Notes under the pieces: generated by a model | Databases searched by the model: none | Told to the model about the DNA's origin: nothing | Seen by the model: only the letters and a program-made list of their open reading frames with translations | Source of the DNA: Sedimentisphaerales bacterium | Lineage (GTDB): Bacteria; Planctomycetota; Phycisphaerae; Sedimentisphaerales; UBA12454 | Direction of reading: 5' to 3' | NCBI GenBank assembly: GCA_016930635.1 | Contig: JAFGGI010000062.1 | Location: forward strand, 12,463 to 76,462 | DNA: 64,000 bases | Part shown: positions 1 to 8,908 of the stretch, piece after piece | How positions within the stretch are numbered: the stretch's first letter is position 1 | Layout: every line of letters begins with the position of its first letter | Position numbers and translations under genes: made by a program

Positions 1-920
1 AACTGGCGAAGCCTTTTGTAAACATCCAGCGGCTCATCAGGACAAGGCTCGGTAATTGTCCTGCTCAATACCACCTGGAAAATGTCGCCGTCTATGATAT
101 GTTCTTTTGCTGTCCTGACCATCTGCTCGTACTCGCCCCTGTCGGTATCGGTGCCGCCCTTAGGCAAATCACCTGTATACTTTGCCGGCTCAGGCATTTT
201 AGATCCGACAGCATTGAAATAATTGGCAAAGCTTTGCTGGGCCTCTTTTATTATCTCATCTTTATCGTCATCTGTTATCACGGCATTTACAACCACGAAT
301 GCATCGCCTGACTTATAATCCATCAGGAAAATGTTGTCCGCAAAATACATTTCATAGTCAGGCACATCGAGGATAACTGATTTATTCGGAGGCAGTTTTT
401 CGAACTGGTCGATAAAGTCATAACTTATCGCACCGAGCAGGCCGCAGGTTACGCGGAATGGTTTACCCGAAAGCTCAAATGTAAAATTAACCGCTCTGAT
501 TACATCCATCTGATTTACAGCTTTAAGTCTCGCCTGTTCATCGATGATATCGTGGTCGAGCTTCAGTTTTCCGGTGATTTTATCAGCCTCGAAGTTTATC
601 TCTTCGCAGAAACCGAACCTGCCTTTGGCAACAGTTGAGAAGTATTTTATCATCCTCCTGCCGGTCGGGCTAAGGGCAGCTATCTGGAAGTCAGCGCCTC
701 TGCCGGCCACGTAAAGAGCCGGATTTGCCGTCCCGAAGGTCAGTTCACCTTCGCCGGCCTGCAGATGTTCCCTGGATTCGAACAGACAGCAGTGCTTTTT
801 CCTGCCGTAATTGCTTAATTTCGCGAAAAATTCGACCGGCTCAGAAACCTCTATCTGCTTAATAATGGGCACTATCTGCCCCGGCTTTGCTCCATTGATT
901 TTGTCGTTTATATCCATCAT
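1..920 (-). CDS. trpE: anthranilate synthase component I (chorismate-binding enzyme), N-terminal ~306 aa; 3' end runs off the window
   Basis: Absent from the ORF track because it is open at the window edge. My minus-strand translation from ATG at 920 reads MMDINDKINGAKPGQ...AKEHIIDGDIFQVVLSRTITEP...LDVYKRLRQ. GDIFQVVLSR is the classic TrpE/PabB motif. Confidence 0.7.
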   Translation of the reverse strand, partial: MMDINDKINGAKPGQIVPIIKQIEVSEPVEFFAKLSNYGRKKHCCLFESREHLQAGEGELTFGTANPALYVAGRGADFQIAALSPTGRRMIKYFSTVAKGRFGFCEEINFEADKITGKLKLDHDIIDEQARLKAVNQMDVIRAVNFTFELSGKPFRVTCGLLGAISYDFIDQFEKLPPNKSVILDVPDYEMYFADNIFLMDYKSGDAFVVVNAVITDDDKDEIIKEAQQSFANYFNAVGSKMPEPAKYTGDLPKGGTDTDRGEYEQMVRTAKEHIIDGDIFQVVLSRTITEPCPDEPLDVYKRLRQ

Positions 921-983
921 AAATTCTTTCCTATTTTACGTCGCCACAGGCGGCGACGGCTAAACAACTTGAATACTATACAT

Positions 984-1015
984 AAAAAAACAGCCTGCCG
1001 CTACCGACAGGCTGT
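984..1015 (-). terminator. intrinsic terminator hairpin with U7 tract, about 65 nt upstream of the trpE start (attenuator candidate)
   Basis: On the minus strand ACAGCCUG (1015-1008) pairs with CAGGCUGU (997-990), plus 2 inner bp. It is followed by UUUUUUU (990-984). Confidence 0.6.
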
Positions 1016-1069
1016 GAAAATTTTATATATTATTTGTCCTAAACGTACACCAGGCTCACAACCTGCCAG

Positions 1070-1150
1070 CTATTTGCCAACAAGCCACCACTGCCGTAAG
1101 GCATCCCTTAGTGGACAACTACAACGATAGTTAACGTGATTTTGAGCCAT
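1070..1150 (-). promoter_or_regulatory. candidate trp leader peptide mini-ORF (26 codons, tandem Trp codons)
   Basis: ATG at 1150 to TAG at 1072-1070 encodes MAQNHVNYRCSCPLRDALRQWWLVGK. The two adjacent UGG codons lie at 1090-1085. The ORF sits between a promoter and the terminator upstream of trpE. Confidence 0.45.
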
Positions 1151-1159
1151 AACGACTAA

Positions 1160-1188
1160 AAAATACCAGAATAGACCGTCTCTGTCAA
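1160..1188 (-). promoter_or_regulatory. sigma70-like promoter for the trp leader/trpE
   Basis: Minus strand reads TTGACA (1188-1183), 17 nt, TATTTT (1165-1160). The predicted TSS is a few nt before the ATG at 1150. Confidence 0.45.
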
Positions 1189-1241
1189 CCCCGCACCTTC
1201 CAAATTTTCAAAAAAAGTGAATTTTACAGAAGGTGCGGGGT
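1188..1241. repeat. 13-bp perfect stem hairpin with CCCCGCACC-type arms and a 28-nt loop
   Basis: accccgcaccttc (1188-1200) pairs with gaaggtgcggggt (1229-1241). It is related to the ccccgcacc modules at 12665, 28420, 50890 and 57700. Confidence 0.6.
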
Positions 1242-1270
1242 CAAGTAAATTGTCCACCGATTTTGAACCC

Positions 1271-1299
1271 TTGCATAAAAGCCTGTTTTAGCTTATATT
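1271..1299 (+). promoter_or_regulatory. sigma70-like promoter for ahcY
   Basis: TTGCAT (1271-1276), 17 nt, TATATT (1294-1299). Confidence 0.4.
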
Positions 1300-1335
1300 G
1301 TTGGGCAATTATCGGAGATTATTAGTAGAGTTAAT

Positions 1336-2802
1336 ATGGTTAAAAATCAAGCTATAGCAGAAACCGGAGAAAAACAGATGGATGTATTAAAATACGACCC
1401 AAATCTGCCTTACAAGGTGGCAGATTTATCGCTTGCCGAATGGGGCAGGAAAGAAATGAACCTGGCTCAAAACGAGATGCCGGGACTTATGTCGGTTCGC
1501 GAAAAATACGGCAGCCAAAAGCCTTTAAAGGGCCTCAAAATCACAGGTTCTTTACATATGACTATTCAGACCGCAATGCTGATAGAAACGCTTGTCCAGC
1601 TCGGCGCGAAGGTCAGATGGGCCTCCTGCAATATCTTCAGTACGCAGGACCACGCTGCTGCCGCAGTTGCAAAAGAAAAACTGGCAGCCGTTTTCGCCTG
1701 GAAAGGTGAAAAGCTTGAAGAATACTGGTGGTGCACCGAACAGGCTCTGCGCTGGCCCGACGGCGGCGGACCGGATATGATCGTCGATGATGGCGGAGAT
1801 GCTACACTGTTTGTCCATCAGGGGCTGAAAGCCGAAAACAACCCGTCCATACTGGATAAACCATCCGACAATCACGAGATGCAGATAATTATGAACCGCC
1901 TCAAGCAGTCTGTTACCGAAGATCCGCAAAGATGGAACAATATCGCAAAAGCGATCAAAGGTGTCTCAGAAGAAACAACAACAGGTGTTAACCGTCTTTA
2001 TCAGATGCAGACCGACGGTTCTCTTATGTTCCCCGCGGTCAATGTTAACGATTCAGTAACCAAATCAAAATTTGATAACCTCTACGGCTGTCGTGAGTCA
2101 CTTGCGGACGGCATCAAAAGAGCGACGGATATTATGGTCGCAGGTAAATATGTTGTCGTTTGCGGCTATGGAGATGTCGGCAAGGGCAGTGCTCAATCGA
2201 TGCGGGGTTTTGGCGCACGGGTAGTCGTTACCGAAATAGACCCGATATGTGCCCTGCAGGCTGCTATGGAAGGTTTTGAAGTTAAAACTCTCGAAGAAGT
2301 TGTTGCACAGGCCGATATCTTTGTTACCGCCACCGGCTGCTGTGATGTCATCCGCAGCGAACATATGGAAAAAATGAAAAACGAAGCCATCATCTGCAAC
2401 ATCGGCCATTTTGACCATGAGATACAGATGAGCTATCTTGAAAATAATCCGAAATGTAAAAAAGAGATTATCAAACCTCAGGTTGATAAATGGACTCTCG
2501 AATCGGGAAGGTCAATTATCGTTCTGGCAGAAGGCAGATTAGTAAACCTCGGCTGCGCTACCGGACATCCGAGTTTTGTAATGAGCAATAGCTTTACTAA
2601 TCAGTGCCTTGCTCAGATAATGCTTGCTGCAGGCGGTCTGGAAAACAAAGTCTATACCCTGCCTAAGATACTGGATGAAGAAGTTGCCAGGCTCCACCTT
2701 GGAAGATTAGGCGTATCGCTTACCGTTCTTAATACCGCCCAGGCAAAATATCTCAACGTGCCCATAGAAGGGCCATATAAGCCGGAACATTATAGGTACT
2801 AA
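1336..2802 (+). CDS. ahcY: adenosylhomocysteinase (S-adenosyl-L-homocysteine hydrolase)
   Basis: 488-aa ORF with [25 protein letters not shown] and the NAD-binding [10 protein letters not shown] motif. The true start may be the internal M at 1378. Confidence 0.95.
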   Translation: MVKNQAIAETGEKQMDVLKYDPNLPYKVADLSLAEWGRKEMNLAQNEMPGLMSVREKYGSQKPLKGLKITGSLHMTIQTAMLIETLVQLGAKVRWASCNIFSTQDHAAAAVAKEKLAAVFAWKGEKLEEYWWCTEQALRWPDGGGPDMIVDDGGDATLFVHQGLKAENNPSILDKPSDNHEMQIIMNRLKQSVTEDPQRWNNIAKAIKGVSEETTTGVNRLYQMQTDGSLMFPAVNVNDSVTKSKFDNLYGCRESLADGIKRATDIMVAGKYVVVCGYGDVGKGSAQSMRGFGARVVVTEIDPICALQAAMEGFEVKTLEEVVAQADIFVTATGCCDVIRSEHMEKMKNEAIICNIGHFDHEIQMSYLENNPKCKKEIIKPQVDKWTLESGRSIIVLAEGRLVNLGCATGHPSFVMSNSFTNQCLAQIMLAAGGLENKVYTLPKILDEEVARLHLGRLGVSLTVLNTAQAKYLNVPIEGPYKPEHYRY

Positions 2803-2804
2803 AA

Positions 2805-2975
2805 AGTTAAAATTCGAAATCCGAATATCGATCCGTCGTCGCCAAAGGCTATGACGGGATAAAAATTCGAAACAAACTTAAAATTCTAATTTTTAAATGT
2901 TCCAAACTGTTTTGAACATTTGAATTTTGGTGATTTGATATTGTTTCGTATTTCGGATTTCGTGCTTAGGATTTT
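2805..2975. repeat. intergenic mosaic of repeat modules: aaatccgaaat type, ccgtcgtcgcc/ggctatgacgg hairpin, aaatgttc/gaacattt hairpin
   Basis: Related modules recur at 19988-20015, 20640-20703, 51061-51115, 55878-55910 and 56195-56275. Confidence 0.7.
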
Positions 2976-2980
2976 TTATT

Positions 2981-3385
2981 ATGTGGGAACATTTTTCGCA
3001 CCAGGCCGATATTGGCATCAAGGCCGAAGCAGACTCTTTGCCGGGTGCATTTGAAGACGCCGCTTCAGCGCTTACAGCGATTATTACAGAAAAAGAAATA
3101 GAACCAACAGAGGTTGTGCAAGTCGAATGTTCCGCGGAAAATAATGAAATTCTTCTTATCGACTGGCTAAACGCGATTATATATGAGATGGCTGTAAGAA
3201 AAATGCTCTTCAGCAAATTTGAAGTTGAGATTAACAGCCTCAAACTCTCTGCAAAAATATGGGGCGAAAAAATAGATTATGAAAAACACGCCCCTGCGGT
3301 TGAGCCCAAGGCAATGACTTATAACCAGTTAAGCGTAAAAGAAGAGAATGGAAAATGGACCGTTAGATGCGTAGTTGATGTTTAG
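2981..3385 (+). CDS. archease (RtcB activator)
   Basis: 134 aa. The MWEHFSHQADIGIKA N-terminus is typical of archease. It lies immediately upstream of rtcB. Confidence 0.85.
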   Translation: MWEHFSHQADIGIKAEADSLPGAFEDAASALTAIITEKEIEPTEVVQVECSAENNEILLIDWLNAIIYEMAVRKMLFSKFEVEINSLKLSAKIWGEKIDYEKHAPAVEPKAMTYNQLSVKEENGKWTVRCVVDV

Positions 3386-3426
3386 ACACAGACTTACACA
3401 GACTTTTATATAAAAGGTATTGTATT

Positions 3427-4854
3427 TTGAGGCCTGGACTAAAACAAACAAGTGAAAATGTTTGGGCGATAGAGCCTTTCGGCAAGATGAAAGTGCCGGG
3501 TGTGATCTTTGCCGACAATATTTTAATAAATGACATAGATGAAAAAACCGTTTCCCAGGTTTGTAACGTCGCCGCACTGCCGGGCATAGTCAAAGCCTCA
3601 TTCGCGATGCCTGACGCCCATATGGGATACGGCTTTCCTATCGGCGGTGTCGCTGCCTTTGACCCGGACGCCGGCGGAGTTATCTCAGGCGGCGGTGTCG
3701 GCTTCGATATCGCCTGCGGCGTAAGAGCCCTGCATACACACCTTAGCTTCGAAGAAATAATCGCCGTTAAGGACAAACTTGCAGAATCGCTTTTCCGTGA
3801 CATCCCCGCGGGCGTAGGCAGCACAGGAGATATCTTCCTCAATACCAAAGAACTCGATGAGATGCTCACCGGCGGCGCAAAATGGGCAGTAGAAAAAGGC
3901 TTCGGCACGAAAGAAGACCTGGATTTCATAGAAGAAGCCGGCTGTTCATCCGGTGCGATACCTGCAAAAGTCTCGGGCCAGGCCAAAAAACGCCAGGCAG
4001 ACCAGATGGGTACTCTCGGCTCGGGCAATCATTATCTGGAAGTTCAAAAAATCGCCGATATCTTCGACGAAACTACCGCCCAGGTCTTCGGCCTGAAAAA
4101 AGGTGATTGTCTGGTAAGCATCCATTGCGGCTCGCGGGGCCTGGGGCATCAAATCGGAACAGATTATCTAAAACAAATGGCTGCGCAAGCCTCAAGTTAC
4201 GGCATAGACCTGCCCGACAGGGAACTTGCCTCAGTCCCGATAAACAGCCCCTTAGGTTCCGATTATCTTGGCGCTATGAGGTCAGGCATAAATTGCGCCC
4301 TTGCCAACAGACAGATCTTAACCGAACTTACCAGGCGTGTTTTCTCAAAAATAATTCCCAAAGCCAGATTAGATATGCTTTACGATGTAAGCCACAATAC
4401 CGCCAAACTCGAAGAACATAAAGTAAACGGCAAAGCAAAGCAGCTTCTTGTCCATCGCAAAGGCGCTACCCGCTCATTCGGCCCCGGCAGAGATGATTTG
4501 CCGGCAAAGTACAAAGATACCGGCCAGCCCGTTCTCATCGGCGGCTCTATGGGAACATCTTCATACATCCTCGCCGGCACAAGTCAAAGTGAAGAAATGG
4601 CCTTCAGCTCAGCCTGCCACGGAGCAGGACGGAGTATGAGCAGGACAGCGGCTACAAAAAGATGGCAGGGCGGCCAGATTATGAAGGAATTAGCTGGGAG
4701 GAAAATTACGATTAAATCACGTTCGATGAGGGGCCTGGCAGAAGAGGCCCCCGATGCTTATAAAAATGTCAGTGCTGTTGTCGAGGCAACGGTCAACGCG
4801 TCCCTCGCCAAAAAAGTCGCAAAGTTACTGCCCGTTATTTGCGTCAAGGGCTAA
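3427..4854 (+). CDS. rtcB: RNA 3'-phosphate ligase RtcB
   Basis: 475 aa with MPDAHMGYGFPIGGVAAF, GSGNHYLE, HCGSRGLGHQ and ACHGAGR motifs. The track start is TTG and may be slightly off. Confidence 0.95.
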   Translation: MRPGLKQTSENVWAIEPFGKMKVPGVIFADNILINDIDEKTVSQVCNVAALPGIVKASFAMPDAHMGYGFPIGGVAAFDPDAGGVISGGGVGFDIACGVRALHTHLSFEEIIAVKDKLAESLFRDIPAGVGSTGDIFLNTKELDEMLTGGAKWAVEKGFGTKEDLDFIEEAGCSSGAIPAKVSGQAKKRQADQMGTLGSGNHYLEVQKIADIFDETTAQVFGLKKGDCLVSIHCGSRGLGHQIGTDYLKQMAAQASSYGIDLPDRELASVPINSPLGSDYLGAMRSGINCALANRQILTELTRRVFSKIIPKARLDMLYDVSHNTAKLEEHKVNGKAKQLLVHRKGATRSFGPGRDDLPAKYKDTGQPVLIGGSMGTSSYILAGTSQSEEMAFSSACHGAGRSMSRTAATKRWQGGQIMKELAGRKITIKSRSMRGLAEEAPDAYKNVSAVVEATVNASLAKKVAKLLPVICVKG

Positions 4855-5316
4855 AGCCGTATCTGAATTTCCATTGGCTTTTTCTTCCTTATCGACTTTT
4901 CGCTGCAGAATACCGCGAATAAGTCTGGTTATTCCGACAGTAAGAAATACCAGTGCAAGGAATAATGCTATGCCGGAATCATCCTCGATTTTGCATCCAG
5001 TAGCTGCCAGCACAACAACTATCAGTCCCAGCCCCAGTAAGGAAAGACCAATTCCTGAGGTAAGATTTATTATCCAGTTAGGACCTTTCTGTTTAAGTGG
5101 TATAAGTGCAGATACCGGGACGCCTCTTTCAATTGCTGCCATAATCTGCTGATGTTCCATGCGTTTCTTATTAAGAAAATACAAAGTCAGCATTATAACT
5201 AAGGTAATCATCACAATAAATGGCAAAGCACCAATTATAAAAGGCCACGCCCCTACCTCAACCTTGTCACTGCCGTCAGTAACTGTTAAAGCTAAAATAT
5301 AAGGGAATGTATTCAT
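4825..5316 (-). CDS. membrane protein of unknown function (multiple TM segments)
   Basis: 163-aa ORF with several hydrophobic segments. It is co-directional with the DUF4097-like gene downstream of an ECF-type promoter. Confidence 0.5.
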   Translation of the reverse strand: MNTFPYILALTVTDGSDKVEVGAWPFIIGALPFIVMITLVIMLTLYFLNKKRMEHQQIMAAIERGVPVSALIPLKQKGPNWIINLTSGIGLSLLGLGLIVVVLAATGCKIEDDSGIALFLALVFLTVGITRLIRGILQRKVDKEEKANGNSDTALALDANNGQ

Positions 5317-5341
5317 TTTTATCTCCTTTCCTTTAATAAGG

Positions 5342-6154
5342 TTATTTTATTTTTATTGAACCGTTGTGTGTTTCCATGTGTAACTTATCCCTGCCTTCGC
5401 CGATAGTACCTTCCAGATTATTATCTGTCTTTTTTGTTATTGTAATCGGCAGATCAGAATGGATTAAGCCGTTATGTGTTGAGGCATCCACAGCTGCTGA
5501 AAAATTCTCAGGTGTAATAAGCTCGATACTGCCGTTGTGGGTTTCAGCGCTTATTGTGCAGGGTTTTTCAGATTGCCCGGTACATTGTATGTCAATACCG
5601 CCGTTATGACTTTTAAATCTCAAATCTGCAAGTTTGCCTGTATAGTTTATCTTGCCGTTATGAGTTTCCAGATCAGCTCCGCCGACAGCATCAGTCACTG
5701 TAATTTTGCCGTTATGATTTACTGCCTGTATCATACCCGTAACACCGCTGGAACATATCTTGCCGTTATGACTCTCAAGAGATAGATTCATCCCAGCAGG
5801 TAAATTCACGTCCAGGTCCACGGCAGTATAAACCGTTCCTGTGGTTTTTGGTCTTTCAATATTAACCTTTATGATCTTTCCCTCCGGCAGGAGTTCTATT
5901 TTTACCTGCTCAGCCAATTCCTTTGCTTTTTCCTGTGTCATTGCTGCACCGGTAATTTTTGCAGTAATATTGCATTCGGAAGTTTCACTGCCGTTTACTA
6001 CTATTTTACCGTTATGGGTTTTAGCGCTGAAAGATTCAGCCTCACCGGCCGGGGCTGTTAAATTTACATATTTTTCATATTTTTCTTTAGGTATACAACC
6101 GGCCGTTAATATGACAACCGACAAACAGCAAATAATAAGAGCCTTTTTATTCAT
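5342..6154 (-). CDS. lipoprotein with repeated HNGKI/HNGSI beta-strand units (DUF4097-like putative adhesin)
   Basis: 270 aa. It has the lipobox signal MNKKALIICCLSVVILTAGC and at least 8 repeats of the (T/S)HNG(K/S/G/L)I motif. Confidence 0.7.
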   Translation of the reverse strand: MNKKALIICCLSVVILTAGCIPKEKYEKYVNLTAPAGEAESFSAKTHNGKIVVNGSETSECNITAKITGAAMTQEKAKELAEQVKIELLPEGKIIKVNIERPKTTGTVYTAVDLDVNLPAGMNLSLESHNGKICSSGVTGMIQAVNHNGKITVTDAVGGADLETHNGKINYTGKLADLRFKSHNGGIDIQCTGQSEKPCTISAETHNGSIELITPENFSAAVDASTHNGLIHSDLPITITKKTDNNLEGTIGEGRDKLHMETHNGSIKIK

Positions 6155-6214
6155 TTTTTTCCTTCCTGTATGAAATTTTTCAATTTTTAATGATTATCAT
6201 TGATATTTCGCCAG

Positions 6215-6243
6215 TTAGTCGCAAGATTTGTTTCAAAGGTTTC
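6215..6243 (-). promoter_or_regulatory. ECF-type promoter driving 5342-6154
   Basis: Minus strand reads GAAACC (6243-6238), 16 nt, CGACTAA (6221-6215). Confidence 0.45.
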
Positions 6244-6252
6244 ATAAAATTT

Positions 6253-6280
6253 GAAACTTTTTATCACCTTTTGCGACTAA
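6253..6280 (+). promoter_or_regulatory. ECF-type autoregulatory promoter of the sigma gene
   Basis: GAAAC (6253-6257), 16 nt, CGACTAA (6274-6280). It mirrors the divergent copy at 6215-6243. Confidence 0.45.
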
Positions 6281-6300
6281 TTGTTGGAAAAGGAGGCTTT

Positions 6301-6864
6301 TTGACAGTTAAAACAGGCCAAAATAAGCACTTAGGTTTAATACACCGCCTTCGCAGCGGAGATAGGAATGCTTTTGGCGATTTTGTCAAAAAGTACCAGA
6401 ATCAGGTCTTTTTATGCTGCCGCCTCCAGGGATTAAGCCCCCACGAGGCCGAAGATGTTGCAAGCGAGACCTTTTTAGCCGCCTACCAGGGGCTGGATCG
6501 CTACAGCGGCAGGGCAAAATTAAGCACCTGGCTGTGGAGAATTACGTATAACAAAGCGATAAGTTATATTCGGCAGCAAAGCAAGCAGCAGAAAATATAT
6601 AAAAAACTCCAGAATGAATACAACGAAGAACAACCCGCTCAAGAGCCCGAATCACAGGACAACGCCGAAATCCTGTGGTCTGCTGTTCAAAAACTTCCCG
6701 CCGAGCAGGCCACGGCCATCGTTTTATATTATCGACAGGAAAAAAGTATCAAAAGTATTGCAGATATTATGAATAAACGTCAAAATACTGTTAAGGTTTA
6801 TCTGTTCAGGGGCCGACAAAAACTAAAGGAGCTCCTGGGCGAAAAGATGGAAAGGTTGTGCTGA
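6301..6864 (+). CDS. ECF (sigma-70 family, group 4) RNA polymerase sigma factor
   Basis: The track ORF is 6190-6864. I prefer the in-frame TTG at 6301, which is preceded by AAGGAGG. Region 2 is FLAAYQGLDRY...WLWRITYN and region 4 is SIKSIADIMNKRQNTVKVYLFRGRQKL. Confidence 0.85.
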   Translation: MTVKTGQNKHLGLIHRLRSGDRNAFGDFVKKYQNQVFLCCRLQGLSPHEAEDVASETFLAAYQGLDRYSGRAKLSTWLWRITYNKAISYIRQQSKQQKIYKKLQNEYNEEQPAQEPESQDNAEILWSAVQKLPAEQATAIVLYYRQEKSIKSIADIMNKRQNTVKVYLFRGRQKLKELLGEKMERLC

Positions 6865-6865
6865 T

Positions 6866-7258
6866 ATGTCGAATAAAAATAACAATCAGAAAGACAATTT
6901 CGATAAACTGTTAGCCGATGCGCTCAAACAATACCGCCAGCCGGTACCTGCCGACTTTCCGAAAAAAATGCTCAGCAGACTCGAACAGTTCGAACAGACA
7001 CAGGCCCTGAAAAAGGTCATTTGGCAGGAAAGGGCCTTGTGGATAGCATTTATATCGTTCCCGGTTATGCTGATATTATCGCTTTGGATGTTTCCGAACC
7101 TGTTATCAATATCGCGGCAATGGCCTTCAGAATTATATCCTCTCATCATGCACTCTGCCGAAGTTTTTGTGCAGCAGTGGAAATTGTGGGCGGGTTATGC
7201 GATACTGATTCTTGCAATAACATATGCATTATACGATACCGCACCGGCGACGAGCTGA
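6866..7258 (+). CDS. putative membrane anti-sigma factor
   Basis: 130 aa. It abuts the sigma gene's stop and has TM segments after a cytoplasmic N-terminal region. Confidence 0.5.
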   Translation: MSNKNNNQKDNFDKLLADALKQYRQPVPADFPKKMLSRLEQFEQTQALKKVIWQERALWIAFISFPVMLILSLWMFPNLLSISRQWPSELYPLIMHSAEVFVQQWKLWAGYAILILAITYALYDTAPATS

Positions 7259-7310
7259 ATGGAGATAGATTTAATTACAAATTTGCTCTGTAAAAAAGAT
7301 GTCCAGTTGT

Positions 7311-7400
7311 GTCATTGCGAGGCCCATGAAGATGGGCCGAAGCAATCTCAGGACTCATAATTGAGATTGCCACAGTCGCCGTTGGCTCCTTCGCAATGAC
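7311..7400. repeat. inverted pair of GTCATTGCGAGG...CGAAGCAATCTCA modules
   Basis: Copy at 7311-7350 (+) and copy at 7362-7400 (-). The same module occurs at 7880-7918, 7936-7970, 12634-12663, 51727-51782 and 57674-57701. Confidence 0.85.
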
Positions 7401-7611
7401 AATAGTAATGTTTTCTACAAAGCACTGCAAATTAGCAAATATCCTGCAGATTGCATATTTTCCGCAAATAAAAATTACCCCCGTTTTTCAGCGCCTGTAG
7501 TTTAAATGTCCCGAATCCTTAATGAATCCGGGACATTTAATGCGAATATCAAACAGGCTGCAATTATCGAAAAAAGTATGAAGAAGATTAGGTTATTCCC
7601 TTTCGTTAAAG

Positions 7612-7767
7612 TTATTTCAGCCCCATCAGCAGCATAGATCCTAAAATCAAAGTTACATAAGGCAGAATTATAAGTGCGAAAGGTTCAGAATCGATCATGG
7701 CTGCCGGAAGGTTTAAGCTGCCTATCGTTAAAATTGTTATTTGAGCAATCATGTCAATACCTTTCAT
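7612..7767 (-). CDS. possible 51-aa hydrophobic mini-protein (very uncertain)
   Basis: Shortened from track ORF 7612-7812 to the internal MKGIDMIAQITILT start. There is no clear RBS. It lies between two inverted repeat pairs. Confidence 0.15.
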   Translation of the reverse strand: MKGIDMIAQITILTIGSLNLPAAMIDSEPFALIILPYVTLILGSMLLMGLK

Positions 7768-7879
7768 TTTTCTGTTTTCAAAAATTATTATTGTTTCGCA
7801 TATTAGTCGCACAAGTTACTGCAGAGGTTTCACAAAAAATGAAACTATGGGCCTGTTGAAAAAGTCGAAATCGAATGAT

Positions 7880-7970
7880 TGAGATTGCCGCGGCCTGTTT
7901 CACAGGCCTCGCAATGACAAAAAAATGCACATTAGGTCATTGCGAGGAGCAAAGCAACGAAGCAATCTCA
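7880..7970. repeat. second inverted pair of the GTCATTGCGAGG module (opposite arrangement)
   Basis: Copy at 7880-7918 (-) and copy at 7936-7970 (+). Confidence 0.85.
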
Positions 7971-8118
7971 GGGGTTTCAACAGTCCCGCTTTCTGCTTTT
8001 ATAGATAATTTTTGAGAAGGAATTTTTTGAGGAGAAAATCGACCGATAGGTATGACAGCGGCTTTGGCCTCGCTATATGCCGTTTATGATGTCCTGTTAG
8101 CGTGTAATTAGCCGGGAC

Positions 8119-8541
8119 TTAGTGCTCCGGCTTGTCGCCAGTTGCTACGATATTGACATAGCCGTGCTTTACGCCTTTAAGGCTTATTATTTTTTCGCCG
8201 ACCTTATTGATATCCGAAGCCATACCTCTCAATATCATAATCTCAAGACAGTTATGGCTGTCGATATAAACGTGCACCGATGATACAGTTCTTACAGGCT
8301 TGTCGTGCCGCAGCTTCTTAAACACATTCGAAATATGTGCGGTGTGATGATCATAGATAAGAAAAAGCGCGCCAATAGCAGGTGTCCTTTTGTACTCGAG
8401 TTTTGCCTGCGAAAGATTGGAACGGATCAAATCACGTATCGCTTCCGAACGATTTTTATAACCCTTGCCGGCGATACTTTTATCGAACTCGGCAAGAAGC
8501 TTCTTTTCCAGCGACACACCTATACGCTCGATATTAGTCAT
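8119..8541 (-). CDS. nikR: nickel-responsive regulator NikR (ribbon-helix-helix plus ACT-like metal domain)
   Basis: 140 aa with IERIGVSLEKKLLAEFD...YKNRSEAIRDLIR and C-terminal His residues (HHTAH, HVY). Confidence 0.8.
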   Translation of the reverse strand: MTNIERIGVSLEKKLLAEFDKSIAGKGYKNRSEAIRDLIRSNLSQAKLEYKRTPAIGALFLIYDHHTAHISNVFKKLRHDKPVRTVSSVHVYIDSHNCLEIMILRGMASDINKVGEKIISLKGVKHGYVNIVATGDKPEH

Positions 8542-8542
8542 T

Positions 8543-8908
8543 TTATTTACCTCCCGATGTCCTGAGTTTATCGAAGGAATTAGCCCCTGCCGGAGCGACG
8601 CAGTAGATATAACACAGAGGCTTGTCTGAATTGTTTCTTATATTATGTACGGTTTCAGGCGGAATATAGGTAACCTTCCCCTCGCCCACATTAAGCTTTT
8701 CTTTGTTATTGATAATAGCTTCTCCGGTGCCGAAAAGAAATATCAGCATCTCCTCATTTGCACCTGTTGTATGCTCCCCGCAATCGGCGCCAGGGGCGAG
8801 ATAAACCTTTCCCGAACGCATACCTCCGGTTTGTGGAACCCCATTCAAAAGAGGCTGATGTTCTGTATCTTCATTTAATGATTCGACAAATGGCTTATTC
8901 GTGAGCAC
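8543..8908 (-). CDS. cupin domain protein
   Basis: 121 aa with G..CGEHT...E and PPETVHNIRN cupin motifs. It is adjacent to nikR (stop and start 1 nt apart). Confidence 0.6.
   Translation of the reverse strand: MLTNKPFVESLNEDTEHQPLLNGVPQTGGMRSGKVYLAPGADCGEHTTGANEEMLIFLFGTGEAIINNKEKLNVGEGKVTYIPPETVHNIRNNSDKPLCYIYCVAPAGANSFDKLRTSGGK

Noticed and set aside
99-311. 70-aa plus-strand ORF at the window start
   Set aside because: It lies antisense to the trpE reading frame, which has a clear family motif.
1020-1335. SAH riboswitch upstream of ahcY
   Set aside because: I looked for the GAGGAGCGCUGC...CAGGCUC...GGCGCUC core. Only an isolated CAGGCTC is present (1051-1057), and it lies on the trp-leader side. 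There is no supporting helix.
3363-4028. Long antisense ORFs inside confident genes: 3363-4028 in rtcB, 22543-23067 in dnaX, 40112-40654 in fmt, 42615-43274 in lptB, 17008-17490 and 17562-17972 in etf, 18965-19417 in the ETF-QO gene, 47994-48476 in parA, 49896-50396 in the GT gene, 31908-32390 in the 732-aa gene and 10740-11228 in yfcE
   Set aside because: Each lies opposite a gene with strong family motifs. The products have skewed composition (S/R/P/L-rich) and no motifs. I treat them as frame shadows.
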